Shown: positions 9,770-19,052, counted from the first letter of the stretch. The stretch: DNA of 64,000 nt from a virus (IMGVR_UViG_3300037487_000968:13280-77279); one strand, 5' to 3'. Notes: generated by a model not told the origin, from the letters alone. A program made the numbers and translations.

Positions 9770-10345
9770 ATGCATAAGAAACCAGACACGCAAGAACTCA
9801 ATATCCCGAGAGATGATGTCGAGTGCTGGGAACGTTATCCTAAACATCGTTGGGTATATGATTTATCAAGACTTCTTGACGCTCAAAATATTAAATGGAG
9901 TCCGTACGAAACTGATTTATTAAAAGATAAAGAAGTAAATATGTTTCTTGATACCTATAATAATGTAGAGTACGAACCCGGCTATATCTATATCAATAGC
10001 CCTCACGGAATTCATGTGATTACAGAAGTTTATATCACAAAGGGTGAGATTAAGTTAGCAAGATATATAGACAAAGATACAAATATAGAAATTCAAGATA
10101 CTATCGGTAATATAGAATTGCGAATTAATGCATTTATATCTATGCATTTTTTAAAATTCACTGGCATCATTACTATAGAATCAATCGGCAACAATATAAT
10201 GTCGATTCGTTTGCGTCCCTATTCAGAATTCGGGCTTAATGTTAATCCAGACATTGTTAGATTAACAAAGAGAATCTATAAGAAAACTGATATAACAGTA
10301 AATGGTCTTACAGACCAAGTCCTTCACGAAACACTCGCTTCGTAA
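9770..10345 (+). CDS. Hypothetical protein, possibly a degenerate ATP-grasp-like fold
   Basis: 191 aa with AAGGA SD; N-terminal DDVECWERYPKHRWVYD motif and C-terminal GIITIESIGNNIMSIRLR. Confidence 0.55.
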   Translation: MHKKPDTQELNIPRDDVECWERYPKHRWVYDLSRLLDAQNIKWSPYETDLLKDKEVNMFLDTYNNVEYEPGYIYINSPHGIHVITEVYITKGEIKLARYIDKDTNIEIQDTIGNIELRINAFISMHFLKFTGIITIESIGNNIMSIRLRPYSEFGLNVNPDIVRLTKRIYKKTDITVNGLTDQVLHETLAS

Positions 10346-10970
10346 ACTCCGCTTCGTTTTTCGTTCGTACTGTTTACTTCGTGATTTAATAGTTATATAG
10401 ATTATTGACGGAGGAGTCAGACCAAGGGTATCCAAAACCTGGATACTGGAAGCCTTGACGGTTTCGCAGACTGTTATATCGGAAAATTTCATAGTGTTGG
10501 ATTGATTATGTCAACTATCGCTAATACATATTAGCGTTCCTGAAGGGGTCTAAGGCGTTTTAAAGGCCACACAGACTCAATGCATTGTTACCACTTATAA
10601 CCAATGATAACGCATTTGGGAGGGCATACCCGTTTCACGTGCCTCCCACAAACTTAAACTTGATCATCTTACTAAGAACGTGCATAGATCTCTCTGATGC
10701 TCTTTTCTTATGATCTTGCCACTGCACATTCAGTGGGCCTGGCTGTTGCGCTCCTCTCCGAACGACACGCCAGCGAAATATTAACTAGGCTCGCTAACCT
10801 TATAATGTGATATAGAAACTTTTTTTTGGATTGCTTGAGTAAGAATTGGGCTTGCTTGAATAAACCTATACGCTGTTGGTCATATATGTTCACAGGGTGC
10901 GTCAGTCCTGCTATCTTTGTAATTTTGCTTGAACAGTTTTTACTGTTACACTATTTTAGCTGTAACAATC
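10324..10970. ncRNA. Candidate large structured non-coding element (ncRNA or origin)
   Basis: About 650 bp without a credible ORF between convergent genes, with at least eight inverted repeats (e.g. GTATCCA/TGGATAC 10428-10446, CGCTAAT/ATTAGCG 10519-10536, GGGAGG.CA/TGCCTCCC 10618-10647, CCACTG/CAGTGG 10719-10736, TGTTACA/TGTAACA 10944-10967). Confidence 0.45.
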
Positions 10971-10995
10971 TTTTATCATACACAATCTTGATATA

Positions 10996-11565
10996 CTATG
11001 TTGTTTTGATTGAATTCAGTGAAAACGTCCGCATTTCCTCAATTCGGCGTAGCCAGCCTGCTATATACTTCGATTGAGTTGGTTTCCTTGTTACAATATC
11101 TTTATAAAATTGTGCTCGCTGATCACATATTTGATTGCACATAGAAACTGCATCTAAACCAGCAATTGATGCTAATGTTTGCTGACCGATGTGCCCGTCA
11201 TCTTCGGTGCCAGCAGCTCTCTGTATAAATTTGCTTGCCGTACCTACACCATGATTTACACACCCGTCAAACTGTAATAAAGCAACATGATTAGGAAGTT
11301 TATCACATGAGCCTGCTAGCCAGTATTCTTTATAATATATACTTTCCGCCATATCCCACGTCAGCCCAGCGATATCAATACTCTGATGAGAATTTTTTGC
11401 TATACCGTATTTTGTTTCTCCACCGGGATCAATAGGATCATTACTATATCCACATTTAGAAAGATTAGTGCCATCTCGAACACCAGGTGCTTCTAGATTC
11501 CATGACCCGCCCACTTCGTACAACATAAGACGATTTATTGCATTTTCGAATATTTTTGAATACAT
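10996..11565 (-). CDS. Glycoside hydrolase family 108 lysozyme with C-terminal peptidoglycan-binding domain (endolysin candidate)
   Basis: E-x-GG near N-terminus, DPGGETKYGI, FDGCVNHG, DGHIGQQT, KYIAGWLRR motifs. Confidence 0.9.
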   Translation of the reverse strand: MYSKIFENAINRLMLYEVGGSWNLEAPGVRDGTNLSKCGYSNDPIDPGGETKYGIAKNSHQSIDIAGLTWDMAESIYYKEYWLAGSCDKLPNHVALLQFDGCVNHGVGTASKFIQRAAGTEDDGHIGQQTLASIAGLDAVSMCNQICDQRAQFYKDIVTRKPTQSKYIAGWLRRIEEMRTFSLNSIKTT

Positions 11566-11574
11566 ATATCTACC

Positions 11575-12135
11575 TCATACGACAAAGTTCCCATAGAAAC
11601 ATTTTCCATAGCATCCGTTTTGTCCTGTTAATTCTGTTACCTTACCAGGCTGTCCTATCCACTTTTCTAAATTCTGCTGTGTCAGCATATGTGGGTGGCC
11701 TTCGTGTGCAGGTATATCAATCCACTCAAACATTCGTAGCACCTTAGCAGCACGTTTGGCATTCTGAATAATCTTCTTTGGATTTTCCGAATGTTGCATA
11801 ACATTGTAGATCCATACTTCATCCCATCCGGTTTCTTTAACATCCTCGCCACCCACTACCTGAACTGAGATATTTTTGCTCTTATATCTATCTTTAGTCC
11901 ATTGGGGATAATTTATAGGATCACAAACTTTACCTTCGACAAGATTATATGTCTTTAATAACATAGAAGTAGGCCCACCGCCAATATCGAGTATTCTTTT
12001 ATTCCCTGCATCATACGAAAAATAATTACCTATTAACCCCATTAAATTACCATAGATAAAATGCTTTTGGTCTTCGCCAAACGTATTACAGCAATCACCC
12101 CAAAACCCCTGCTCAAATTCTAAATCATTATGCAT
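11575..12135 (-). CDS. Class I SAM-dependent methyltransferase
   Basis: ILDIGGG motif I; WDEVWIYNVMQH motif. Confidence 0.8.
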   Translation of the reverse strand: MHNDLEFEQGFWGDCCNTFGEDQKHFIYGNLMGLIGNYFSYDAGNKRILDIGGGPTSMLLKTYNLVEGKVCDPINYPQWTKDRYKSKNISVQVVGGEDVKETGWDEVWIYNVMQHSENPKKIIQNAKRAAKVLRMFEWIDIPAHEGHPHMLTQQNLEKWIGQPGKVTELTGQNGCYGKCFYGNFVV

Positions 12136-13264
12136 GGGGATATTCCTTTTTTAACCAGTCTAAATCTTTTCTATTAGGATTAGGTTCATACCAGCCTTTC
12201 TTACCATGCACATTTAATACCGATTGAAAATATTCTTCGTACATAGGTGCTATTCTTTCCATAGAATAATTCTTTTCTGCATAATTTCTACAATCTGCTG
12301 GTTTAATATTACCAATATTTTTAGCTGCCCATACAAACTGTTCAAATGTTCTACCGCGATATCCTGTATAACTATGTATATTATTTTCAGCCAACGCACC
12401 CCAATCGGACGATATAACAGGTGTCCCTGACAACATAGATTCTATCTGCACTCCTGCGAACGGCTCGTTGTACATCGAGATAACAAATGTAGCACGAGCT
12501 TTACTCATTAGTTTTCGCCTTAATTCTGTATCAGCATGGCCAACTTCAGTGACATGACTAGGAATAGTCTTATATCCCATATCTAATAAACTACCTTGGC
12601 CTGCAATAATTAATTTTGCTCCAATTTCTCTAGTAATTTGTTCAGCAATATGAACACCTTTACCGTCATATACACGCCCTATATACAAGAAGTAATCATC
12701 TTTCTTCTTTGAATATGTAAAGTCATTCAAGTCAAAGTAGTTAGGTATCACAACTTCGTACCAGTCTTCGTTACATTTCAACACGCTATTTAATCCATAA
12801 TAGGCAGAATGCATGGCATATGACTCAAAAATCTTATACCGTGCCCAGTGCCCAGCAGGGTATCCAATACCAGGTTCAACTGTAATAAGATCGGGGTGAG
12901 CATCACACACAGGTCTAACACCATGCCCCCAAAACGGTAATATGAAATCGTTTGGTTGTTTGCGTTTTCCAATTTCTTTAATAGCATTCTTAAAGAAAGT
13001 TTGATATGCCAGATCATTTAGATCGTATTTAAAGAATGTCTTACGCCAGTCGTAATCACCATATGTTTGTTTCCAAACATCAGAAGTTAAAACTGTAACA
13101 TGTTCATCGCAAACGACATCAGATTCTTCGTGGCCGTAGTGTATGATAGTATGTCCACGTCCTGCCATCATCTGACAAAACTTAACTACTTTTTGTGTGA
13201 AGGCACAGGCAGTAAATTCTTTACTACTAACCGTATGCGGAACGCCTAATACATGAAATCTCAT
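12128..13264 (-). CDS. GT-B (family 4-like) glycosyltransferase
   Basis: FLYIGRVYDGKG, EPFAGVQIESMLSGTPVISSDWGA, YSMERIAPMYEEY motifs. Confidence 0.9.
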   Translation of the reverse strand: MRFHVLGVPHTVSSKEFTACAFTQKVVKFCQMMAGRGHTIIHYGHEESDVVCDEHVTVLTSDVWKQTYGDYDWRKTFFKYDLNDLAYQTFFKNAIKEIGKRKQPNDFILPFWGHGVRPVCDAHPDLITVEPGIGYPAGHWARYKIFESYAMHSAYYGLNSVLKCNEDWYEVVIPNYFDLNDFTYSKKKDDYFLYIGRVYDGKGVHIAEQITREIGAKLIIAGQGSLLDMGYKTIPSHVTEVGHADTELRRKLMSKARATFVISMYNEPFAGVQIESMLSGTPVISSDWGALAENNIHSYTGYRGRTFEQFVWAAKNIGNIKPADCRNYAEKNYSMERIAPMYEEYFQSVLNVHGKKGWYEPNPNRKDLDWLKKEYPHA

Positions 13265-13285
13265 CTTTATTCCCCTTGCTTCCTA

Positions 13286-13307
13286 TATTTATAACGGGAG
13301 ATAAATA
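13286..13307. promoter_or_regulatory. Back-to-back late promoters (TATAAATA on -, GATAAATA on +)
   Basis: tatttata 13286-13293 faces the glycosyltransferase; GATAAATA 13300-13307 faces the resolvase. Confidence 0.65.
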
Positions 13308-13339
13308 GCAGGTAAATAGTGATAACAAGGGATTTAATA

Positions 13340-13888
13340 ATGCCGTCGAAAAGTAAAGCAAAAGGTAATGCGTGGGAATTAGATGTAGCTAAATTTCTAT
13401 CAGCTACATATAACGAGTCATTTATTCGTATACCTTCATCTGGCGCATTTGTAGGTGGCAAGAATAATTTTCGTAAGACACAAATCGATTCTGCACAGCT
13501 ACAAGGTAAGAAGGGAGATATTCATCCTCCAGAAGCGTGGAAGCATTGGAATTTAGAATGCAAAAGTTATGCAGATTTCCCCTTTCACCAATTATGGACT
13601 ACAGATGTAAAGATACTTGACGCATGGATTGCCCAGCAACACGATGTTGAGGATGTTGGAGACTTAAATCTAATACTAATTAAGATAAGTCGAAAAGACA
13701 AATGGGTAGTCTATCAAGAGAATTTAGGATTTCTCTCAGATAGATCTATACATTATAAAGGTTGGTATTTTACAAGCTGGAACGATTTCTGGCTTAAACA
13801 GACAAACATTGATCTTGTGAAACAACTATCGATTTCTGACTTAGTCGCTCAAGTTTCTTCGAAAATTTCCAGGCCTTCAGTTCTTTAA
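13340..13888 (+). CDS. Holliday junction resolvase-like PD-(D/E)XK nuclease
   Basis: ATG at 13340; SKAKGNAWE, RIPSSGA, GDI, LECKSY motifs typical of Hjc-like phage resolvases. Confidence 0.8.
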   Translation: MPSKSKAKGNAWELDVAKFLSATYNESFIRIPSSGAFVGGKNNFRKTQIDSAQLQGKKGDIHPPEAWKHWNLECKSYADFPFHQLWTTDVKILDAWIAQQHDVEDVGDLNLILIKISRKDKWVVYQENLGFLSDRSIHYKGWYFTSWNDFWLKQTNIDLVKQLSISDLVAQVSSKISRPSVL

Positions 13889-14504
13889 GTTCGAGTTTCT
13901 TTGCAAGTTTTAGGGCCTTTAATTCTTTAGCTTCTAAATTGGCACGTTCTTTGCGAATATATTCAAATTCAAATTCTGCGGCCGTATCACCTAATATACC
14001 GTTAAAATCCGGAACTTCAAATATCCACCAATCTACATTTCTAATTTTTTTGGCGCCACGTTTAGGTGATCCGTCTAAATTAAAAGGTATTTCTATATTG
14101 CTTGATTTAGGAATATCTTTATATGCTGCATGTGGTATCAAGAAATAATAAAATTTATTCTGTATTCTTTCATATGCTACTACCCGTAATAATCCGATCT
14201 TACTATGAATGCGATGTATCGGGGCACCATATGATTTACCTAAACCCGATATACGAACTGATGTTGATTTTGCATCTGACCCATCTGGAAAATCCATTTT
14301 CTCCGTATTAATACGTTTTATACCCTTCCTTATAGAAATTGCTTGTTCTAATAGTGTACCGGGTGATATAAGTTCGTTTTCTATAACAAGTCTCTCTCGT
14401 ATGAATGTATAAATTTCTGATTCTTCTGTTAAGTTAGGAAAAATCATCGGAAATAATAAATCAAAAAATGCATGAGTTAATGCAGGGTCTTTATCTTTAG
14501 CCAT
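13794..14504 (-). CDS. Hypothetical protein, possible PD-(D/E)XK-type nuclease
   Basis: ATG at 14504 with AAGGA SD; LLE...DFPDGSDAKS acidic/Lys motif; Lys/Glu-rich helical tail overlapping the resolvase 3' end. Confidence 0.55.
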   Translation of the reverse strand: MAKDKDPALTHAFFDLLFPMIFPNLTEESEIYTFIRERLVIENELISPGTLLEQAISIRKGIKRINTEKMDFPDGSDAKSTSVRISGLGKSYGAPIHRIHSKIGLLRVVAYERIQNKFYYFLIPHAAYKDIPKSSNIEIPFNLDGSPKRGAKKIRNVDWWIFEVPDFNGILGDTAAEFEFEYIRKERANLEAKELKALKLAKKLELKELKAWKFSKKLERLSQKSIVVSQDQCLSV

Positions 14505-14532
14505 CTTATCCTTTGTAATTGTCAAGAAGTTC

Positions 14533-14562
14533 AGTGTATGCTCGATATTCTTAGAAAAGCAA
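14533..14562 (-). promoter_or_regulatory. Sigma70-type promoter candidate TTGCTT-N18-TACACT
   Basis: Located in the gap between the gp46 stop and the 14504 ORF. Confidence 0.45.
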
Positions 14563-14570
14563 CGATCTTC

Positions 14571-16346
14571 TTATATAATTTGCGTATCACTGCTCTCTAT
14601 GCTAGTGAAACCACCTTCTTTCACTACTTTTAACACGCTCGATACACGGCCAACTAATTCATCCCTGTGAGAGATTAGATAAATGTTTCTTTTACTTTCT
14701 CTTCCCATTTTCTTAAGAATTGCTAGTGAAGCTTCAACACCACTTGTATCTAAACCGCCATCTATAAGTTCATCGATGAAAAGTAAATTTACTTTTGAAT
14801 TCATATTCTCAAATACATCTCTAAACGACCAGCTTAACGAAAGTATTAATCTAGTTCTTTCACCGCGACTTAGATTATCGAAGTCAAATTCTTTACCATA
14901 CATTGTTATCTCAACTTCAAGATCTGATTTGAATTTAACAGAATGTGGAAGACCGATATCCGCCAGATAATGTGCTAAACGATGATTTAAGAATGCTAAA
15001 TTCTGATCGATAATTTTCTTACGAATAAAAGAATCTTTATTGGTTAGTAGTTTCATTAAAAATTCTTGATGATCCCGTAATTTCACAAGATTATTTAATT
15101 TTGTGAAATCTATTTCTTGTAATCCATCTCGCTTTAATGATTCGATTTGATCTACATAAGGGTTAATTGCTTCTAATTCCGATGATAGATTATTACCTAA
15201 TGTATCAAGGGTTGTCTTATGTCTGTATGCTTCATCAACCGTATCATAAAATGTCTCAGGCAGCTTAGGTATAAGAGAGGACACACTGCTCGCGAGTGCG
15301 CTTACTTCGTCGCGTTTTGCTGCTTTTTCGCGTAATTTAGCGTGAGCATCTTTGTGTTGTGCCTCGTACTCCGCATGAACCTTAGTATGCGTCTCTTTGT
15401 CCATTTCCCCGTTACACGTTGGACAGATTTTTTCAACTGAACTTGCTAAAACTTTATCTAATCTTGTAATTGTTCTAGTTGAATCATTAACATCTTTTTC
15501 TAAACCGCCCAACTCCTTTGTGAGAGATCTATACTCAGCAGTTAAATCTTCTACTTCTTTCTTAGATTTATGAAGGGCAATTTCGCTATCAATATCAACC
15601 TTAAGATATTCCATTATAGTTGATTGAATTTTATCTATCTTTTGTGTTTTTGCGCCATCCCACGCCGAAGATTTGGCTTCCAGCGTTGTAATATTTGTTT
15701 CAATTCTCTTATTCGCTTCGGTAGCTGCCGTGATCCGAAATTCCTCTTCTTTAATTTCATCTTTTGTTATCCGTGCCTCTTCTTTAAGCTTATCTGCTTT
15801 TTCAGAGAGTTTGGTAATACCGAGTAGCTGTTCGATGATAATTCTTTGTTCATTTGTTTTTAATGCTAAGAAAGGCTCGACATATGTATTCAACGCAAGT
15901 ATATGTTTGAACATATCGTGAGATATGCCTATAATACGTTCAATCTCTACTTGTGTATGACGGCCTTCACCTTGTGATTCGTCTTCACCGGATGTATCTT
16001 CTTCGACATCATCCTTAATAAACTTAAAGATACCTGGCCTACGCCCGCGCTCAATCTTATAATTTACTCCATTCATTTCGAATGTGAGAGTAACCAACAT
16101 ATTTTTCATATTGGTTTTATTGATTAAATTATCTTTCTTGATATTAGTTAAGGCAGAACCGTATAAGGCATAACTCAACGCATTAACAATGGTAGATTTA
16201 CCTACACCGTTTCTATTGTCATTACCACCCAAATCTAAATTCTCACCAAGAACAAGCACTAATTCATCAGTGCTAAAATTAAGAGATTGGGTAACATTAC
16301 CTATACTCATGAAGTTCTTTATTGTTAAACCTTGTAGTTTTAGCAT
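14571..16346 (-). CDS. gp46: Recombination endonuclease ATPase subunit (SbcC/Rad50, T4 gp46-like)
   Basis: KNFMSIG, Walker A NGVGKST, zinc hook CPTC, signature LSRGE, Walker B LFIDE..D.GLD, H-loop ISH. Confidence 0.95.
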   Translation of the reverse strand: MLKLQGLTIKNFMSIGNVTQSLNFSTDELVLVLGENLDLGGNDNRNGVGKSTIVNALSYALYGSALTNIKKDNLINKTNMKNMLVTLTFEMNGVNYKIERGRRPGIFKFIKDDVEEDTSGEDESQGEGRHTQVEIERIIGISHDMFKHILALNTYVEPFLALKTNEQRIIIEQLLGITKLSEKADKLKEEARITKDEIKEEEFRITAATEANKRIETNITTLEAKSSAWDGAKTQKIDKIQSTIMEYLKVDIDSEIALHKSKKEVEDLTAEYRSLTKELGGLEKDVNDSTRTITRLDKVLASSVEKICPTCNGEMDKETHTKVHAEYEAQHKDAHAKLREKAAKRDEVSALASSVSSLIPKLPETFYDTVDEAYRHKTTLDTLGNNLSSELEAINPYVDQIESLKRDGLQEIDFTKLNNLVKLRDHQEFLMKLLTNKDSFIRKKIIDQNLAFLNHRLAHYLADIGLPHSVKFKSDLEVEITMYGKEFDFDNLSRGERTRLILSLSWSFRDVFENMNSKVNLLFIDELIDGGLDTSGVEASLAILKKMGRESKRNIYLISHRDELVGRVSSVLKVVKEGGFTSIESSDTQII

Positions 16347-16349
16347 GTA

Positions 16350-17360
16350 TTACAATCCGTTATAAATTTCTATTAGTTTGTTTGGATCAAAAGATCCACT
16401 ATCAATTGCTGTTAATTGTTCTATTACAATTTGATCTACAGTTTTGAATGTAATATCACCTGCGAATTCTTTTGTTAAATCATCATCTGGATTTCGAATA
16501 AGTTTAAATTCTCTTACGCTATACTGAGACATAAATGTTTCACGTAGAAACGCAGCTTCCTCGTAAGTTATGTCAATGTCTAGTGTGACTTGAAGATATG
16601 TTTTTGGCTTTAGGTAAATTTCGGGATTAGCCAATAATGCTGCTAAATTAATAGTTATGAAACGAGGGCCAGCTTCGTAATCCATAAATTCGGGCTCTTT
16701 ATCCCATTCTAAATACATTGCCCCGCGTTCGAAGTCCCATACATCAGAATAGTTGTGTCCAAAAGGATTACCAATATAATTAATTTTACCTTTGGTTTGC
16801 CGTAAATGAAAGTGACCCGAAAATACATAGTCTTGATTTTCAAAATGCTCTGCGTTTAAAGTGCCGTGATCAGGCATTTCTACATTGGCATTCATTTTGA
16901 ATCCAGGTAGTTCCAGGTGGCCAAATAGATACTTTGAGTTAATAACTGTAATATCTTTCCATTCTTCTTCTACAAGCCAGGGAATAAGTGCCACATCATC
17001 TTTAACCAATGGCTCATCGATAAGCACAATGTTAGGAAACTCGCTACCTACCACCATAGAGTGTATTTCTCTCTTTTCCCGATAGAAAAGATCGTGATTA
17101 CCGACTATTATATATACTTTCTTAAATGTATCATTTAGCATTCTTAATATCTTCATAGAATAATTTAATGATAGAATATTAATATTACTTCTGTGATGAT
17201 GAAAGTCACCCATGAAGATACACGTTTCTGCACCCCTTATATTTGCTTCTTCTATAAACCATTCTATAAAATCAACACAATCTCTATTATGTTGTTCAGA
17301 GTTGTGCCTCAGACCAACATGCAGATCTGTGAATACCATAACTTTTTTAAATAAATTCAT
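16350..17360 (-). CDS. gp47: Recombination endonuclease nuclease subunit (SbcD/Mre11, T4 gp47-like)
   Basis: Metallophosphoesterase motifs DLH, GDFHH, GNHD, GHLE, SGHFH. Confidence 0.95.
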   Translation of the reverse strand: MNLFKKVMVFTDLHVGLRHNSEQHNRDCVDFIEWFIEEANIRGAETCIFMGDFHHHRSNINILSLNYSMKILRMLNDTFKKVYIIVGNHDLFYREKREIHSMVVGSEFPNIVLIDEPLVKDDVALIPWLVEEEWKDITVINSKYLFGHLELPGFKMNANVEMPDHGTLNAEHFENQDYVFSGHFHLRQTKGKINYIGNPFGHNYSDVWDFERGAMYLEWDKEPEFMDYEAGPRFITINLAALLANPEIYLKPKTYLQVTLDIDITYEEAAFLRETFMSQYSVREFKLIRNPDDDLTKEFAGDITFKTVDQIVIEQLTAIDSGSFDPNKLIEIYNGL

Positions 17361-17368
17361 TTATTTCC

Positions 17369-18028
17369 TTATGATCTGCAATCTATTACAGGATCTCTTA
17401 ATTTGATACATTTAAATCCTTTAAATGAATCCTTTGTTTTACAGACTTTTAGTCCATACTGAACATCTATTCCTAATGCTCTTGATGCTAACCCACAAGA
17501 ATTAAATATACTCTCGTTTCCAAATAGATCAATTATTTTTATCTTATACCCATACTTAGAATGTTGTTCTTTTTCTTTATCTGTGAATCCAGTGGTAGCA
17601 ATCCGATGCAATCTTTTTTCTATCTTAATCTTATAAGATTTAATTTCTTCTTTACTTAACCCATAATTTAGATGTTTTTCTCTAAGGGTAGCAGCCCTTT
17701 TATCTATATGTTGATTTGTAATAAATGACCATCCTCCACATGCCTCATTCTTCTGATTATAGTAATTCGAATTAGATTTTATATCTGTTATAGAATCTAA
17801 CCACTTCTGCTCATACTTTAGTGTCTCTTTATTATCGTCAACATTTATATATTCTAAGATATATCTAGTAAAATCAAAAGGTCTTTTTTTAATTGCTCGC
17901 AAGAACCTAGTATTTGATCCTTTATATCGATCATTTAAAGATCCATGATGAGAGCCTATGTAATTCATACCATTACTTAGATCTAACCATTTATACACGA
18001 ACCCGTAATAATCTATTTTATATATCAT
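17369..18028 (-). CDS. Free-standing GIY-YIG (Seg-like) homing endonuclease
   Basis: GFVYKW...MNYIGSH, YKGS, EQKWL, YYNQKN motifs; C-terminal FNSCGLASRALGI helix-turn-helix-like segment. Confidence 0.85.
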   Translation of the reverse strand: MIYKIDYYGFVYKWLDLSNGMNYIGSHHGSLNDRYKGSNTRFLRAIKKRPFDFTRYILEYINVDDNKETLKYEQKWLDSITDIKSNSNYYNQKNEACGGWSFITNQHIDKRAATLREKHLNYGLSKEEIKSYKIKIEKRLHRIATTGFTDKEKEQHSKYGYKIKIIDLFGNESIFNSCGLASRALGIDVQYGLKVCKTKDSFKGFKCIKLRDPVIDCRS

Positions 18029-18085
18029 AAGAAATCTCTTAGTATATTTATTCCTAGGGGATTGGCACGCACGATTATTTAGGAA

Positions 18086-18997
18086 TTACTCATTATCGTC
18101 TTTAGCAGATTCCTGAGCATCTTCTCTCAGTTGTCTGATTTCTGATTCGATTGCTAACTGTCTAGAGAAGCTTGGACTAGCACCGCTATCAATTAATAGA
18201 TCATCACGTAGATCTTGATTTTTCTTTTCTAAGTTAAGAACTCTTGTAAAGCTATTCTGTAAAGATTGTGTATAATATGAGAATGGATTATCACTTTTGG
18301 ATTCGTCAAACTGTAAACCCATTTGCGCTAATTGAAGTAGAGCCTGCCCCTTCATTTCGTCGATATATGTATAGCCGCGCCAATTACCACGCTGACCATA
18401 TTTGTTTACCATAAGAATAAACATCTTAGCAAGTTTATTTGTTATAGAGCCTTTTTCTAAATTAAATTTACCACCTTTAGAATGTGATCTGCCAACTTCT
18501 TTTGTGGCACCGTTTTCAATAATATAATGTTTAAACGGAAAGAAATTTAACTTCAAATGATTATCTGCGACATTCTTAGGATTCTTCTTTCTACCCGGTG
18601 CCAGAGGGATATGTTCAAAAGTTAAAACTCTATATACCAGATCGTCAACCGGTATAGTATCTGGTTTAATCTTGTATTCTGAAAGTTTAGGTCTTTCTGT
18701 CCTTGAAGTATTATTTGCTAAAGCTGTTGCAAATGCTGCCGCACTAAATCTAGCTGCCCTTGCTGCTTTTGCTTTATTTTGCGTTTCGACAAGAAATACT
18801 TCTTGAAGATTATCTACAATAACATCATAATCACTATATTTCTGATCGGTATATTCACAAAAAGTATTCTTACTTTGGTGAATTTCCTTCAACATATCCT
18901 TATTATTTAAATAATTAATTTTCTTAACTGGAAAAACCGATGGGGCTTGCACCTCTGGTGTTTCATCTTCGTCTTCAAAATCTATAGAACCAATCAT
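18086..18997 (-). CDS. gp55: Late transcription sigma factor, T4 gp55-like
   Basis: NYLNNKDML, NWRGYTYIDEM, FDESKSDNPFSYYTQ motifs; upstream of gp47/gp46 as in T4; ATG at 18997 after AGGAGA. Confidence 0.85.
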   Translation of the reverse strand: MIGSIDFEDEDETPEVQAPSVFPVKKINYLNNKDMLKEIHQSKNTFCEYTDQKYSDYDVIVDNLQEVFLVETQNKAKAARAARFSAAAFATALANNTSRTERPKLSEYKIKPDTIPVDDLVYRVLTFEHIPLAPGRKKNPKNVADNHLKLNFFPFKHYIIENGATKEVGRSHSKGGKFNLEKGSITNKLAKMFILMVNKYGQRGNWRGYTYIDEMKGQALLQLAQMGLQFDESKSDNPFSYYTQSLQNSFTRVLNLEKKNQDLRDDLLIDSGASPSFSRQLAIESEIRQLREDAQESAKDDNE

Positions 18998-19023
18998 ACT
19001 TTCTCCTAAATAGGGTTTTATAT

Positions 19024-19052
19024 AGTATAGCAAAAGAACTTCGTTAGGTCAA
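19024..19052 (-). promoter_or_regulatory. Sigma70-type promoter TTGACC-N17-TATACT with extended -10 TG
   Basis: Near-consensus hexamers with 17-bp spacer, about 27 nt upstream of the gp55-like start. Confidence 0.75.

Noticed and set aside
10345-10995. tRNA, tmRNA or group I intron identity for the gap
   Set aside because: No cloverleaf with T-loop and CCA recognised, no tag-like reading frame, and the flanking genes are convergent and complete, so no gene is interrupted.
10262-11077. Short ORFs 10262..10492, 10708..10893 and 10826..11077 in the gap
   Set aside because: No convincing SD or motifs, two overlap real genes on the opposite strand, and the region is better explained as structured non-coding sequence.
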